DNA of 64,000 bases from a virus (Duplodnaviria > Caudoviricetes), in the IMG/VR virus record IMGVR_UViG_2901966883_000003; one strand, written 5' to 3'. Position numbers and translations under genes: made by a program. This document shows, piece after piece, positions 39,101-49,300 of this stretch. Within the stretch, counting starts at the first letter, position 1. Each line of letters begins with the position of its first letter. Under the pieces are notes generated by a model. That model had not been told where the DNA came from, did no database searches, and saw nothing but the letters and a program-made list of their open reading frames with translations.

Positions 39101-41255
39101 CCGTAAGATTAAAGTAGAGAAAGGCACTATCGCAACAGATTGGTCGCCAGCTCCAGAGGATACAGACGCAAACATTGAGTCGGTTAAAACAGTTGCAACG
39201 CAAACTAAAGATGGATTTGACAGATTAACTGAAAAGACTGGCTACAACGCAAGCACAGGCGAGTTCTCTAAAGTTACTACACAAATTAATGAAGGTATTA
39301 AAGGTGTAAGTACACAGGTAAGTAGTGTAAGTAATAGGCTGGATAACTTGAGTGTTGGTGGAATAAATCTATTAAAAGACAGTTTAATACCATTAACTGC
39401 AAGTGATGTTTGGATAAATAACAATGTATCTAGTCAAATAGTTAATGATTATGTAAGAATACGTGGAATTGACGATAACGATAACAATCGTATTTATCAA
39501 TCGTTCTCAAATAATGGATTAAATGCTGACGACTATTATTCAATTAGCTTTTGGGCTAGTAACGATGGCAATGATGAAGAATTTGATGTACAAGTAGGTA
39601 CATGGGGTTCATTACAAACAGTTCATATTACTGGTAGTACGTTGAAATTATATAAGTTAGAAAATGTATGGTTAGGTGGAAATCCCATATTCTCGGTTGT
39701 AGTACCATTTGATAAAGTAGTTAGACTAAAGAAAATTAAGCTAGAAAAGGGAACTATAGCAACAGATTGGTCGCCAGCACCAGAAGATTTAGCAACCAAA
39801 TTACAACTCAATGATATTAGTAGTCGTACCGAGTTCTTACAAGATAATGAAAAGTTCTTGTTAAGGGTAACACAGGCTGGTGGAGCAACAAAAGCCGATG
39901 TCAATAGTGCTAACTCTAAGATTGGAGATTTATCAACCAGAGTTAAAAATACAGAAGTTGCAATTACATCTGGTGGGGTAACCATAAATGGTGATACAAA
40001 GATAGGTGAAGGCTTTACGTTAAGTGCCGATAGAATTAAAGCTGGGACTATGCAGACCAAAGGTCTTGTTATGAGTAATGAACTTGGTTCAAAAATAGAG
40101 TTTACACAAGACGGATTAGAAATTCAAAAAGCTGACAATAGAGAAGCGTACTATACATTTGGTGGGCAAGGCATGGACTTTTGGCGAATGTCACGTGACG
40201 AAGCTATGGATGATTATCCCGACCATCACAAACCAGGGTATGTTCATCTGGGTAGCATGATTGCTCTTGATAATGAGTATACAAAATCGGTAAACAGACC
40301 AGACCAACAGCATACGAACACTCCAAGTAATAACAATGGTATTGGTTTTGTTCTTGATATTACGGGTGGTGCTGATAATTTTGCTATTTTGCAAAAAGGT
40401 GCTGAATACCGTAAAGGAGAAAAATGGGGAAGAATTAACTTTAACGAAACAGTTAATAACAGTCATTTTCCAATATGGGAAATAAATGCGACTGGTTATG
40501 GTAGTCATGCTTGGCTACAATCTGGTTATAACAGAGGTCGTGGAATATTCAATTATAGTAACTTATATTTCTATACAGACCCAGTAATTGGTACAGAACA
40601 TGACCCAGGTGGAAAAGACTATTTCCCAATAGAGCGTATAGGTCTAGTTGGTAATGATGGCTGGGGTGGCTTAGCTGTATGGGCTGACAATAAAAATACA
40701 GTATCCATTGGGACAAATGATGAATACCCAGTAGTAGCGAATGGAATGATTATATCTAGGCATGCTGGTGCTGACGATTCTGTTTTTGTTGGTGGAGATG
40801 GAAGACAGTGGCTTAGATTTATTAATAGAAGAAATGTTAGAGCTGATGTAGACAAAAAAAATGGCTCTCATTATACAAACTTTTTAGGTAGTGTAGAACT
40901 ATGGGAACTTAAATATGGTACATTAACTCATACTTCTCAATTAAGTAGAAAAACAGATGTTTCACCGATAGATATTAACGACCTTTCATCTAAACTATTG
41001 AGTATAGATTTGTTTAAGTACAAATACAAGTCACAAAAGGAAAATGAAAAATATCGTTATGGTGGAATTATTGATGACGTAAACGAAGTTAAGAAATACA
41101 ATTTGCCACAGGAATTTATATCTACTAATGGTGAAGGAATTGATGATAGCAACTTAATTACTGGTTTGATTGCAACAGCTAAAATACAAGCAAGAGAAAT
41201 TGAAAAATTGAATTTTAGAATATTAGAGCTTGAGAGAGGGAAGATTGATGGATAA
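36162..41255 (+). CDS. long tail fibre or receptor-binding protein with repeated carbohydrate-binding-like modules and C-terminal S74-type chaperone
   Basis: Coiled coils; repeated GGxNL...KxEKGTIATDWSPAPED; C-terminal SQLSRKTD...YGGII. Confidence 0.8.
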   Translation: MAKKTIKYLENGEYHDATVKDVGVIEELKTESKDNLVEAINEIFLGGGKGFSDLQQKVDESTQAAQNAQQAADNLQQKLDEVAQNVGLSEEEAQKIINQAVEDAKRAQAEALQAYKDAQKELDDSMAQFMEEQKAINKELEQAKTDIQGDINQKNTEIEQINAVIESTKSDLTATSAQLASVRNDLTNAQMDWGKVRTEITNINGKLDSKMSNTDFDEYKERIEHNETEITQTKNELQSKATKQDLDVLTGTVTTQGSNIIQLAGKIEQKVSKDTLANDIDDFQVKKANIFTGTREFMGWEFSDKALGRVNNDSYNHTKVAELHNGSNLSITVDGLEVGKTYSVSIFAKVSTNSNTSGVRVTVDNGKSYSGLMKTVYTPHDTKVTTDWQRYYATIVASATTMKFVFDRSGMTSDITLYLNRPKLEVGETVYAWEDNAQDIYKRVEHTEAQFDVYNDQISGIIKKQTETDKKIENVSSTFTQRADGIEANSKKYTDDKATGLAGEFSGKLRATSEQLSTEYEKQTNAKIGALSDGGSNLILNSSFLVTDDNGNATLENWRDVSSKVSLTKSNGLDGTWIKINRATTGTVLGARSNYFPVKQGKLVVGVDVALDGTGNISPYVLRIEYYDVSNNRVNYEDITLQKLGLSASQITKSGSNFRYARGIYKTSNDRSDVAKACIVVPETITGYDMYLTNFFAKFSDVNDGTYEVNPLDQQASLIKQRTKIEQDSEKINLLNTQTEKLGNDIKATNTSVNILKGEVNLKASQSTVNDLTNRVAKNEADIKVFPDKIKSEVSEVSKKIDGVNNKVDNIKVGGTNLIPHSEVDTIRGDTDYWVFSTGNINNYGGRYNPTDKSLELEAHIKDTNYQFLQWQQQNNVLMNTELAHLQVGDVLTISAEVYIQNPNMSGNITLGFRVNPRTNYNDYFSTERAINLRDLKSGWQRVSATGTITQKYLDCMNDVQLMRILLAANGLKENNKVAFRKIKVEKGTIATDWSPAPEDTDANIESVKTVATQTKDGFDRLTEKTGYNASTGEFSKVTTQINEGIKGVSTQVSSVSNRLDNLSVGGINLLKDSLIPLTASDVWINNNVSSQIVNDYVRIRGIDDNDNNRIYQSFSNNGLNADDYYSISFWASNDGNDEEFDVQVGTWGSLQTVHITGSTLKLYKLENVWLGGNPIFSVVVPFDKVVRLKKIKLEKGTIATDWSPAPEDLATKLQLNDISSRTEFLQDNEKFLLRVTQAGGATKADVNSANSKIGDLSTRVKNTEVAITSGGVTINGDTKIGEGFTLSADRIKAGTMQTKGLVMSNELGSKIEFTQDGLEIQKADNREAYYTFGGQGMDFWRMSRDEAMDDYPDHHKPGYVHLGSMIALDNEYTKSVNRPDQQHTNTPSNNNGIGFVLDITGGADNFAILQKGAEYRKGEKWGRINFNETVNNSHFPIWEINATGYGSHAWLQSGYNRGRGIFNYSNLYFYTDPVIGTEHDPGGKDYFPIERIGLVGNDGWGGLAVWADNKNTVSIGTNDEYPVVANGMIISRHAGADDSVFVGGDGRQWLRFINRRNVRADVDKKNGSHYTNFLGSVELWELKYGTLTHTSQLSRKTDVSPIDINDLSSKLLSIDLFKYKYKSQKENEKYRYGGIIDDVNEVKKYNLPQEFISTNGEGIDDSNLITGLIATAKIQAREIEKLNFRILELERGKIDG

Positions 41256-41490
41256 TGCGTTAGACAACATATTGTTTGGCAGTATGTTATTTACAACAGA
41301 TAATAGATTTGTAAGCATGACTTATACAATTACGAAACTAAATATTCATGGTGAAATAGATATACCTATTGAAAAATATAGCAAGGCTATTGCTGATGAA
41401 GGTTTAGTTGGTGTGAAAAAGTTATTGGTAACAATGCTAAAAGAACAATTAGAAGATTTAGAAAAAAGTTTATCAGTAGTTGAAAAATAG
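41248..41490 (+). CDS. hypothetical protein
   Basis: ATG overlaps the fibre stop region; ORF track 41230-41490. Confidence 0.65.
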   Translation: MDNALDNILFGSMLFTTDNRFVSMTYTITKLNIHGEIDIPIEKYSKAIADEGLVGVKKLLVTMLKEQLEDLEKSLSVVEK

Positions 41491-41499
41491 GAGGTTAAT

Positions 41500-41649
41500 A
41501 TGACAAGAGAAGAAATTATTGGAAAGCAATTAGCAAATAAGGTAGCAATGTTGGAATACGAAAACACATTATTATTTGCTGAAAAATTAGAATTGCAAGA
41601 AAAATTAGCACAATACGAAAATCAAAACCAAGACAATAATAAAGAATAG
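41500..41649 (+). CDS. 49-aa coiled-coil protein (not in ORF track)
   Basis: AGGAGG RBS; MTREEIIGKQLANKVAMLEYEN... Confidence 0.65.
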   Translation: MTREEIIGKQLANKVAMLEYENTLLFAEKLELQEKLAQYENQNQDNNKE

Positions 41650-41661
41650 AGGTAATGAATT

Positions 41662-41886
41662 ATGGAATTTCGTACAACACAAATGAGTTACAACTTCGGT
41701 CAAGATGGTGTAACAGATAGTATTAATATCACTATCACAGGTCAAGAAGACACAAACTATATTACTGGTTCATTCAAAATCGTTAAGGAAGATTTGGCAG
41801 GTCAAGAAGCTGAAACTTTAGATGATTTAACACGTAAAGAAGCATTTAATATTTGCAAGAAGAAGTTTACAGCATACTTGGCATAG
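41662..41886 (+). CDS. hypothetical protein
   Basis: ORF track; GAGGT RBS. Confidence 0.7.
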   Translation: MEFRTTQMSYNFGQDGVTDSINITITGQEDTNYITGSFKIVKEDLAGQEAETLDDLTRKEAFNICKKKFTAYLA

Positions 41887-41900
41887 GATAGTGAAGTACT

Positions 41901-42356
41901 ATGAAAGGAAAACTCATGGTCTATGATATTGGGGGCTATATCGGTATGATAATGGGAGCAGTTAGCTTTTTAATCGGAGGATTTACCCCAGCAACAGTGT
42001 TTTTCCTTGTGTTTAATCTAATTGATTTGTTTACAGGACTTGCAAATGCCACTAATAATGGTGAAATAGAGTCTAAGATATTTACAAAAGGTATCTTTAA
42101 AAAGGCTGGAATGTGGTGCGTAATTATCGTAGCTCATGGTCTTGATATGGTAGTCTTTGGTGGTGCTGATATAACCAGACTCCCAGTATTAATGACATTA
42201 CTAGCAAACGAAGGTATTTCTATTGTAGAAAATGCTGGTAAGTTAGGTGTAACTATACCAAAATCATTAGTTAAGTATCTAGCTCAATTAGAAGACAAGT
42301 CTAATAATGAGTTAAAAGAAAAGTTAGATAATAACAAGGACGACAATAAGGAATAA
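41901..42356 (+). CDS. holin (toxin secretion/phage lysis holin family)
   Basis: IDLFTG...KGIFKK...NEGISIVENAGKLGVTIP signature. Confidence 0.9.
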   Translation: MKGKLMVYDIGGYIGMIMGAVSFLIGGFTPATVFFLVFNLIDLFTGLANATNNGEIESKIFTKGIFKKAGMWCVIIVAHGLDMVVFGGADITRLPVLMTLLANEGISIVENAGKLGVTIPKSLVKYLAQLEDKSNNELKEKLDNNKDDNKE

Positions 42357-42366
42357 ACATTGAAGA

Positions 42367-42389
42367 AGTAAGGTTTTGCCTTGCTTTTT
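42367..42389 (+). terminator. intrinsic terminator after holin
   Basis: AGTAAGG-TTTTG-CCTTGCT plus T tract. Confidence 0.6.
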
Positions 42390-42425
42390 GTACATAATTT
42401 AATGAAAATATTTTGTTAAAATATA

Positions 42426-42454
42426 TTGACATATTATTAATAATATGATATAAT
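42426..42454 (+). promoter_or_regulatory. consensus sigma-A promoter
   Basis: TTGACA-17-TATAAT with TG; a similar promoter lies at 60309-60337. Confidence 0.7.
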
Positions 42455-42496
42455 ATTAAAGTTAAAATAATAATTAATAAGGTGGGATAACGTTTA

Positions 42497-43249
42497 TTGG
42501 TTAAACTCCAAAGTTTAAAGAATGACCCAAAGAAACGAGTGGTTTATCGAATTGTAGATACTCCAACAGGACAAATTACAATTTACGAACCAACAAAAGA
42601 TGATATTAAAAAGATTATTGAGTTACAAGATGAAATTGCAAGATATAACGAAGACAACGAAATGGAATTAGAAATCGCTGGCTACACAGTTATGCGTGAG
42701 TTAATTCCTATGCTGACTGATATTGAGATTGACCCAGAAATGTCTGATGATGAAGTTAGAGAAATTGCTGACAATCCTACACTTGCATTGCTTACAGTAA
42801 CACATGTCTTAGAAGGTATTGTATCTGACGTTTACAAGATGTTAATTCTACAAACAGTTAATGGTATCAAGAATGATGATATTGAAGTGTTAGTAGATGA
42901 AATGAAAGACCAAGTATCTGGCTCATTGATTGAACGTATGAGTAAGACTGAAGATGGTCGTGAAGCTGCAGCAGAAGTGGCACAAGAAACAATGCGATTA
43001 GTCAATGCAAAACAAAATGAATATATTGAAGATGAAATGACTAAAGCAGAAGTAGCTAAGGAATTAGAAGAAGACCAAGCTGTTGAAGAAATCGTAAATG
43101 AAGATGATGATACATCTGATGTTGAACCAACTGAACCAGCAGAACTTGTTGACGCTGTTGTGGTAGACGAACCATCTACATCTTACGAAGAACGTATTAA
43201 GAGCAAATTCCAAGCAAACTATTCTGAACTAAACGGTGAAACTGAATAA
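42497..43249 (+). CDS. hypothetical acidic protein (possible tail assembly chaperone)
   Basis: ORF track; position. Confidence 0.65.
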   Translation: MVKLQSLKNDPKKRVVYRIVDTPTGQITIYEPTKDDIKKIIELQDEIARYNEDNEMELEIAGYTVMRELIPMLTDIEIDPEMSDDEVREIADNPTLALLTVTHVLEGIVSDVYKMLILQTVNGIKNDDIEVLVDEMKDQVSGSLIERMSKTEDGREAAAEVAQETMRLVNAKQNEYIEDEMTKAEVAKELEEDQAVEEIVNEDDDTSDVEPTEPAELVDAVVVDEPSTSYEERIKSKFQANYSELNGETE

Positions 43250-43264
43250 GTGAGATGATATAAT

Positions 43265-43747
43265 ATGGTAATGTTAGAGGCAAGAGCTAATGTTGAGATA
43301 CCCGACTATATGGGAAAGGTCAAGTCTATTAGTCGTAAGGCTTTGGCTACTACCATAAGAGAAACAGCTGTAAATATCATGAAGAATATTCTGGAGTATG
43401 AATTTCCAGCATATGTATCTACCAGCTCGTATATCACAACTGGTGAAATGGTTAATACGGTAATGTTTCGTGTAAGTGGAGACACTTTGGTTATCTACAT
43501 TGATGGTGGTGCATTATCCGCTATGCCATATGACGCTGCTAATCATGAGTTTGGTATTCATGAAGGTGTTTCTGGGCAAGATTTCAGACATGAATTACCT
43601 GGAGTATTGAATGATGGCGGTGGTGGTATTGTTCCACACAAGGGTAGAAAATTCATGGACACCGCTTTCGACCAATATCAAGTCATTCTGATTGAGTTGT
43701 TGGCACAAGAACTAGCTGCGGCTGGCTTTGAAGTATCAACTGGCTAA
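43265..43747 (+). CDS. tail completion protein (HK97 gp10-like)
   Basis: TGEM.NTV...GRKFMDTA pattern. Confidence 0.55.
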   Translation: MVMLEARANVEIPDYMGKVKSISRKALATTIRETAVNIMKNILEYEFPAYVSTSSYITTGEMVNTVMFRVSGDTLVIYIDGGALSAMPYDAANHEFGIHEGVSGQDFRHELPGVLNDGGGGIVPHKGRKFMDTAFDQYQVILIELLAQELAAAGFEVSTG

Positions 43748-43836
43748 TTCATAAAATTTGAATTTTAAAAGTGATTATTTGACTTCACACGCTTTTTGTA
43801 TTACAGTTGTAATACAAAGGTAAGGGAGTGACTGTA

Positions 43837-44124
43837 ATGAGTATAAATTTAAAAAGCGACAAAGCTATTGTTACCGTTAGAGTTAAGCCAGAAGTGAAAC
43901 AGGAAGCCAAAGATATTTTGGAGAGTTCTGGAGTAACATTGTCAGATTTCATTAGAATGTCTTTAGCAAAGGTTGTTGAAGATGGCAGAATATCGTTTCT
44001 AAATACACCAGAAGCATTAGAGGCTAAACGACAAGCTGACAATGGTGAGTATGAAGTAATAGGCGATATTGGTGATTTTAAAGAATATGTTAGGAATGTA
44101 ATAGATGAAAGTAGCAAGAACTAA
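43837..44124 (+). CDS. type II antitoxin, RelB/DinJ family
   Basis: VTVRVKPEVKQEA..IL...GVTLSDFIRM; palindromic operator TTTGTATTACA-N2-TGTAATACAAA upstream. Confidence 0.85.
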   Translation: MSINLKSDKAIVTVRVKPEVKQEAKDILESSGVTLSDFIRMSLAKVVEDGRISFLNTPEALEAKRQADNGEYEVIGDIGDFKEYVRNVIDESSKN

Positions 44125-44404
44125 GATATTCGACCGTAACTTTAGAAAATTGGCTAAAAAGAATTATCCAGTTGATTTAGTAACGGATTGTGTCACAGCT
44201 GTTATCAACAAAGACAAAGAAACATTAATTAAAATACACGACCATGCTTTGAGGGGTAAGTGGAAAGGCAAAAGAGCATTTCACCCCGCAAGATTGGGAG
44301 ATAAAGGTCGGAAACAATATGATGGCTGGGTCGTTATCTATGAGATAAGAAAAAAGGAACTTATTTTAGTTCTGGTCGATACTGGCGACCACAGCAGATA
44401 TTAA
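44105..44404 (+). CDS. type II toxin, RelE/YafQ family
   Basis: HDHALRGKWKG.RAFH...WVVIY...TGDH; overlaps the antitoxin. Confidence 0.85.
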   Translation: MKVARTKIFDRNFRKLAKKNYPVDLVTDCVTAVINKDKETLIKIHDHALRGKWKGKRAFHPARLGDKGRKQYDGWVVIYEIRKKELILVLVDTGDHSRY

Positions 44405-44564
44405 TTTCATTAACCACAAACAATAACAAAAATTGCGTTTTTATTTTTAAGGAGGAAATTATCAATCAAGCTATAAGGGAGATAATTTCATAAAACATAA
44501 AGAAGGATTAAAATACCAAAGTAACGAGCAACGTATCATTAAAAGGTACGCTACAAAGGCTCGT

Positions 44565-45527
44565 ATGGATAAGGTAAATCCAGATAATATTAAAATTTAT
44601 AACAAGTATCTCCGTAGCCGAAAGGTAAAGAATACTGATGTTAAAGATACAACATATAAGGTGTACCAATCATATATGAACATCTTTATGTGTTATATCA
44701 TGGAACGTTGGGATAACTTTTACCTATTAGACGAGGAGGTACTAGAAGAAGACATGTTAGACATTATGGAGTCTTTCATGTTATTCCTACAAGATGAATG
44801 TGGGAACGGTAAAAAAGTAATCAATACTAAGTTGAGTGCTGTTTCTAGTTTCTATCATTGGGCTACTAAACGTAGATTAATTAAGGCTCATCCTTTTGCG
44901 GGAAGACTTGAACGTATACAAAATGCTCAAGAAGAAAAGAAAATAGCAGTACACTTCTTAACTCAAGAACAAATAGATAAGATAACAGAAGAATTGTCCA
45001 AACCAAAAGATAGTCTTAACCGTTATGATTGGCAAGATGAAATCTTATGGCGAATTGCATATGATAGTGCAGCACGTATTGGGGCAATTCATCAATTATC
45101 CTTGTCTAATCTTGATTTAGACAAACGTCAATTTACTAATATTCGTGAAAAGCGTAGTAAGATTGTGAATGTACCATTCTTAAAAGCTACGCAAGAAAGA
45201 TTACGTGAATATTTACAATGGCGAGAAGAAAATGGTATTGATTGTGACGCTTTATTCTTTGCCCGTAAGAATGGTGAATGGACTAGAATGAGTAAACAAT
45301 CACTTACATTACGTATTCGTAAGATTGGTGAAATCATTGGTATAGGTGATTTCAGACCACATAGTATACGTAAGAGTAGATTGAATATCATAGGTAAGAA
45401 GAATATTAAGAAGGCTGCTACTCTAGCACATCATAAAAGCATTGATACTACTGTTAGGTTCTATACGGAAAAGGAAGACGAAACAGCTACTTTGGATAGT
45501 ATAGAAGAAGAACTAGCCAACGAATAA
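44565..45527 (+). CDS. tyrosine recombinase (XerC/D-like, SPbeta YomM position)
   Basis: Catalytic R (AARIG), HSIRK, AHH, RFY; frame open upstream of the ATG. Confidence 0.9.
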   Translation: MDKVNPDNIKIYNKYLRSRKVKNTDVKDTTYKVYQSYMNIFMCYIMERWDNFYLLDEEVLEEDMLDIMESFMLFLQDECGNGKKVINTKLSAVSSFYHWATKRRLIKAHPFAGRLERIQNAQEEKKIAVHFLTQEQIDKITEELSKPKDSLNRYDWQDEILWRIAYDSAARIGAIHQLSLSNLDLDKRQFTNIREKRSKIVNVPFLKATQERLREYLQWREENGIDCDALFFARKNGEWTRMSKQSLTLRIRKIGEIIGIGDFRPHSIRKSRLNIIGKKNIKKAATLAHHKSIDTTVRFYTEKEDETATLDSIEEELANE

Positions 45528-45581
45528 TAAGTATGCACCGATAGAACGGTGTATATAATACATATACAAGGGGAGATAGGT

Positions 45582-46289
45582 ATGTTTTGTACTAAATGTG
45601 GAGCAAAGAATCCAGAAGACGCAATTTTCTGTTATAAATGTGGTAGTGAAATAAGAGCGGTTAAAGATAAGGAAATGACAGAAAAACCAAAGTCATTTCA
45701 TGACAATGTACAAAACAAAACAGCTCTTTTGAAAAACAAAAAATGGTTATACGGAATTATTGCTGTTGCAGTATTGCTACTAGGTTTCGGTGGATATAAG
45801 TGGTATAACAAAAATGCTTTTGCCAAAGCTGTTAACGGACATATATATAAAGTAACAGACAAGACCGTAGCACCTAAAAACAGTAGTACATTACATTATT
45901 ATGTTGCATATAAAATAAAAGACGGTTCTCTATACATGCTTACATCTTTTGACAAACGTGGACAGAGCATATTAAAACAAGCACTTAATAATAAGCATAT
46001 TTACAATTTTGATAGTGACGGATATAACGAATATAAAAATCAATACACTATGCGATATAAAACATCATGGGGAGATTATTATGACTATGATGGAGATTAC
46101 GATTATGATAAAGAAGACATTGATGTTACCAAATATTCGGTAAATTCAAAGAGGTATTATGACGCATATCATAATGGCTGGGTTGGCTCTGACGAAAAAT
46201 ACAAGGTAAAAATAACAAAAGATGGATATAAAAAATCCCTAAAGGACATTGATGAGATAAGTTCCATTACAGCAACAAGAGTAGATTAA
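45582..46289 (+). CDS. zinc-ribbon membrane protein (moron, possible superinfection exclusion)
   Basis: MFCTKCG...FCYKCG, single TM helix, own terminator at 46297-46317. Confidence 0.75.
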   Translation: MFCTKCGAKNPEDAIFCYKCGSEIRAVKDKEMTEKPKSFHDNVQNKTALLKNKKWLYGIIAVAVLLLGFGGYKWYNKNAFAKAVNGHIYKVTDKTVAPKNSSTLHYYVAYKIKDGSLYMLTSFDKRGQSILKQALNNKHIYNFDSDGYNEYKNQYTMRYKTSWGDYYDYDGDYDYDKEDIDVTKYSVNSKRYYDAYHNGWVGSDEKYKVKITKDGYKKSLKDIDEISSITATRVD

Positions 46290-46374
46290 TTAATTAAGCC
46301 CAATAAAATGGGCTTTTACATAGCACCAATATGTAAGCGTTTACAAATAAAATAATAAGGTGGTATTAAAATGA

Positions 46375-49300
46375 TTGGCTAGTCAAAACTTAAACATAAA
46401 AGTCAAGTTAGACTTTGACGAAACGAGCTTAAAGAATTTAAATCTAGGCACAGTAAGAGTAGACCCAGATGTAAATCACTTTAAGAGTAAGTTAAGGTCT
46501 GCTTTGAATGGTAATTTTAAGATTACCCCAAAGATAAACACAAAGGGTATATCTAACCAACTAAACAACATCAAGAACGATATGAGGGAATTTAGAAACG
46601 CTGCTAAAGACCCTATCAAGATTAATTTTGATGTTGATAAAGATATACTTAGTGATTTAGCTGTTGTATCAAGACAATTAGAGAAGATACAAAAAGCTAG
46701 TGCCAGTGCAACTAAGATGAAGTTGTTTGGCATGAGTGGGATTAGTAAAACTGGTGATGACCTATCAACATTGGTTACTGCCGCTCGTAAAGCTAATAAG
46801 GAAATTACAGCCTTAGAAGCTAAAAAGAAAGCATTAGAGTCAACAGGTCGTTCATTAAGTGATAAGGACGCTCTTAAATTAGGTGATTTCCAAAAGCAAG
46901 CTCAAGAATATAGCAATGCGATAGAGAAAATCATATCAAGTAGAGAGCGTTTAGAAAAGCAAGCTCTACAAAGTACATTTAAAAACCCCAACAAACCAAC
47001 TGGGGAAGAAAAGCAAGCGTTAAATGCTTTAAATGAAAAGTATGCAGCGTTAAAGGCTCAAGCACAAGAGTATCAAAAGATAAGTGCTTCTCAAAAAATT
47101 GTTACAGAAAACAATGCTATACAAAAAGCCCAATTAGAAGCCCAAACACAATTTACAAAAGAGCGTGCAAGAGCTGAGAAGGATTTAATCAAGTCTGGTG
47201 AAAGGCTGATTAAACTCAAACAGGAAAGAGTTAAATTAGACCAACTAGAAAAGGAAAGTCAGCAGACAGTTCGTGAAGAAGATAGGAAAGCTGCTCTCGA
47301 ACGTGAAATCGGACATAAGCAAGAAGAATATAATGAACTAGCTAAAAAGGTTAAAGAATACAACCCAGACCTAGTTAAAGAAATGGGTCGTAGACAACAT
47401 GGTAATAGTTCTGAAATTCAATCAGCTAGGGCAGAAGGTACTATTGTAGCTGGCATACGTGGTAGAGAAGAGGCATATAAGGAACTTGAGGGAAGTTTAA
47501 AACGTCAAGTATCTTTATACAAGCAATTAGCTAACGCTGAAAACTCACAAGCTAAACGTCAAGCTAGACGCAATATTGAAGATGAAAGAAATAAAGAGGC
47601 TAACCTTAGACAAAGAATTAAGGACGAAGGTTGGACAAGTGCCGCTCATGAAAGACGAGTTAGTGCTTTATCAGAACAAGTAGGTGTAACTGGTAGACAA
47701 GCTAGAAGACAACGTAGAACACGAGTTGGGTTTAATGCGACAATGGACGTTTACAACATGGCACAACAAGGTGCTTATGCTGTTGCTAGTGCTGTTCAAG
47801 GTATTAGTGAAGTTGACGCTGCTATTACTCGTGTTACTAAAGTTGCTAATGCACCACAAAAAGAGATAGAAGCATTTAGTAAATCAATCTACAAAAATGC
47901 TTCTGCGGTAGGTAAAACAGCACCAGAATATGCTGACGCTGTTGAACAATGGATTACAACTGGTAAGTCATTAAAACAATCTATCGGTTTGGCTAAAGAC
48001 TCTGTTATGGGTTCTTTCGTTGGTAATGTAGATGTTAATGACATGGTTAAGTACATGGCTGTTCCATTGAACTCATTTAGAAAAGAAGGACTTAAATCTA
48101 AAGATGTTATCAATAGTATGAACCAAGTTTCTAACAAGAACGCTATTGAAATGGAAGATTTAGGGCAAGCATATTCTAAGGCTAGTTCTGTTGTAGCAAG
48201 TACGGGTACTACATTTAGTCAGTTGACTGGTATGATTACTGGTGCTCAAACAGCTACTCGTGCTGGTGGTGATGTTGTTGGACGTTCCATCAAGGCAATC
48301 TCACTTAACTTCTCTAAGATGAGTTCTGGTGTTACAGCAACAGATAAGAAACGTTCCGAGTTCTTTCATGGATTGGGTGTCGATTTAAAGACATCTGATG
48401 GAAAGATGAAATCCACATATCAAATTATGAATGATTTATCTAAGGTATGGGGCAAGTTAAGTAAACAACAAAAATCTGACGCTGCTTTATATGCTGCTGG
48501 TAAGGAACATTCCAACCAATTTACAGGTATGCTAGATAATTGGAAAACAGTTCAAAAGGCTATGCGTGAGTCACAAGGACAAGTAAATCTTGTTGATAAA
48601 GGGCATGGTTCTGCTTTCCAAGAATTTGAGAAACAACAACAATCAGTTCAAGCTCATTTAGCTACGTTGAAGAACACATGGGGTAGCTTAATCAATGATA
48701 TATTTGGTGGTAGAAAAGGTACTAATAATATTATTGATGGTGCTACTGGGTTGTTAAGTACATTGGATAACTTAGCTAATAATAAGATATTCAGAAACAC
48801 GGCTATGTTTACAGCTGCAGCGGTTGGTATTGGCACATTGCACAAGGCAATTTCTGGTTTGGCTTTATCTGCTAGAGAATTAACCGCAAGTAAATGGGAC
48901 GGTCTAATCGCTATGATGAATGGCGAAGGTATATCTGGATATGGCAAAGAAGTTCAAGCACGTTGGCATGAATTTCGTGGTATTAAAGACGATTACTCTA
49001 CAAGACGTAAGAAACAAGAAGAAACTTATCGCAAACAAAAGGTTCGTGATGAACTAGACGATGTCCTTGATAGAAACGGTTATGTCGGAAGTGGATATAC
49101 ATCTGGTAGAAAAGAAAAGCCTAAGAAACAAAAAGTTAAGGTTGTAGATACCCAAGAAGTAGAAAATGAAGGAAAAGCTATCAAGAAAACCGCACGAGAA
49201 ACAGAAAGTTTTGTAGCTACCACTTCAAATGCGGCTCGTGAAGGAACTAAGTTTGGTAGGGTTTTAGGTAAGGTCGGTAGTTTTGCTGGTTTAGCCTTAA

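Noticed and set aside
41901-42500. Complete lysis cassette
   Set aside because: No endolysin is recognisable next to the holin; it is presumably outside the window.
44565-45527. Prophage integrase marking an att boundary
   Set aside because: Phage tail genes continue on both sides; no host genes or att core visible.
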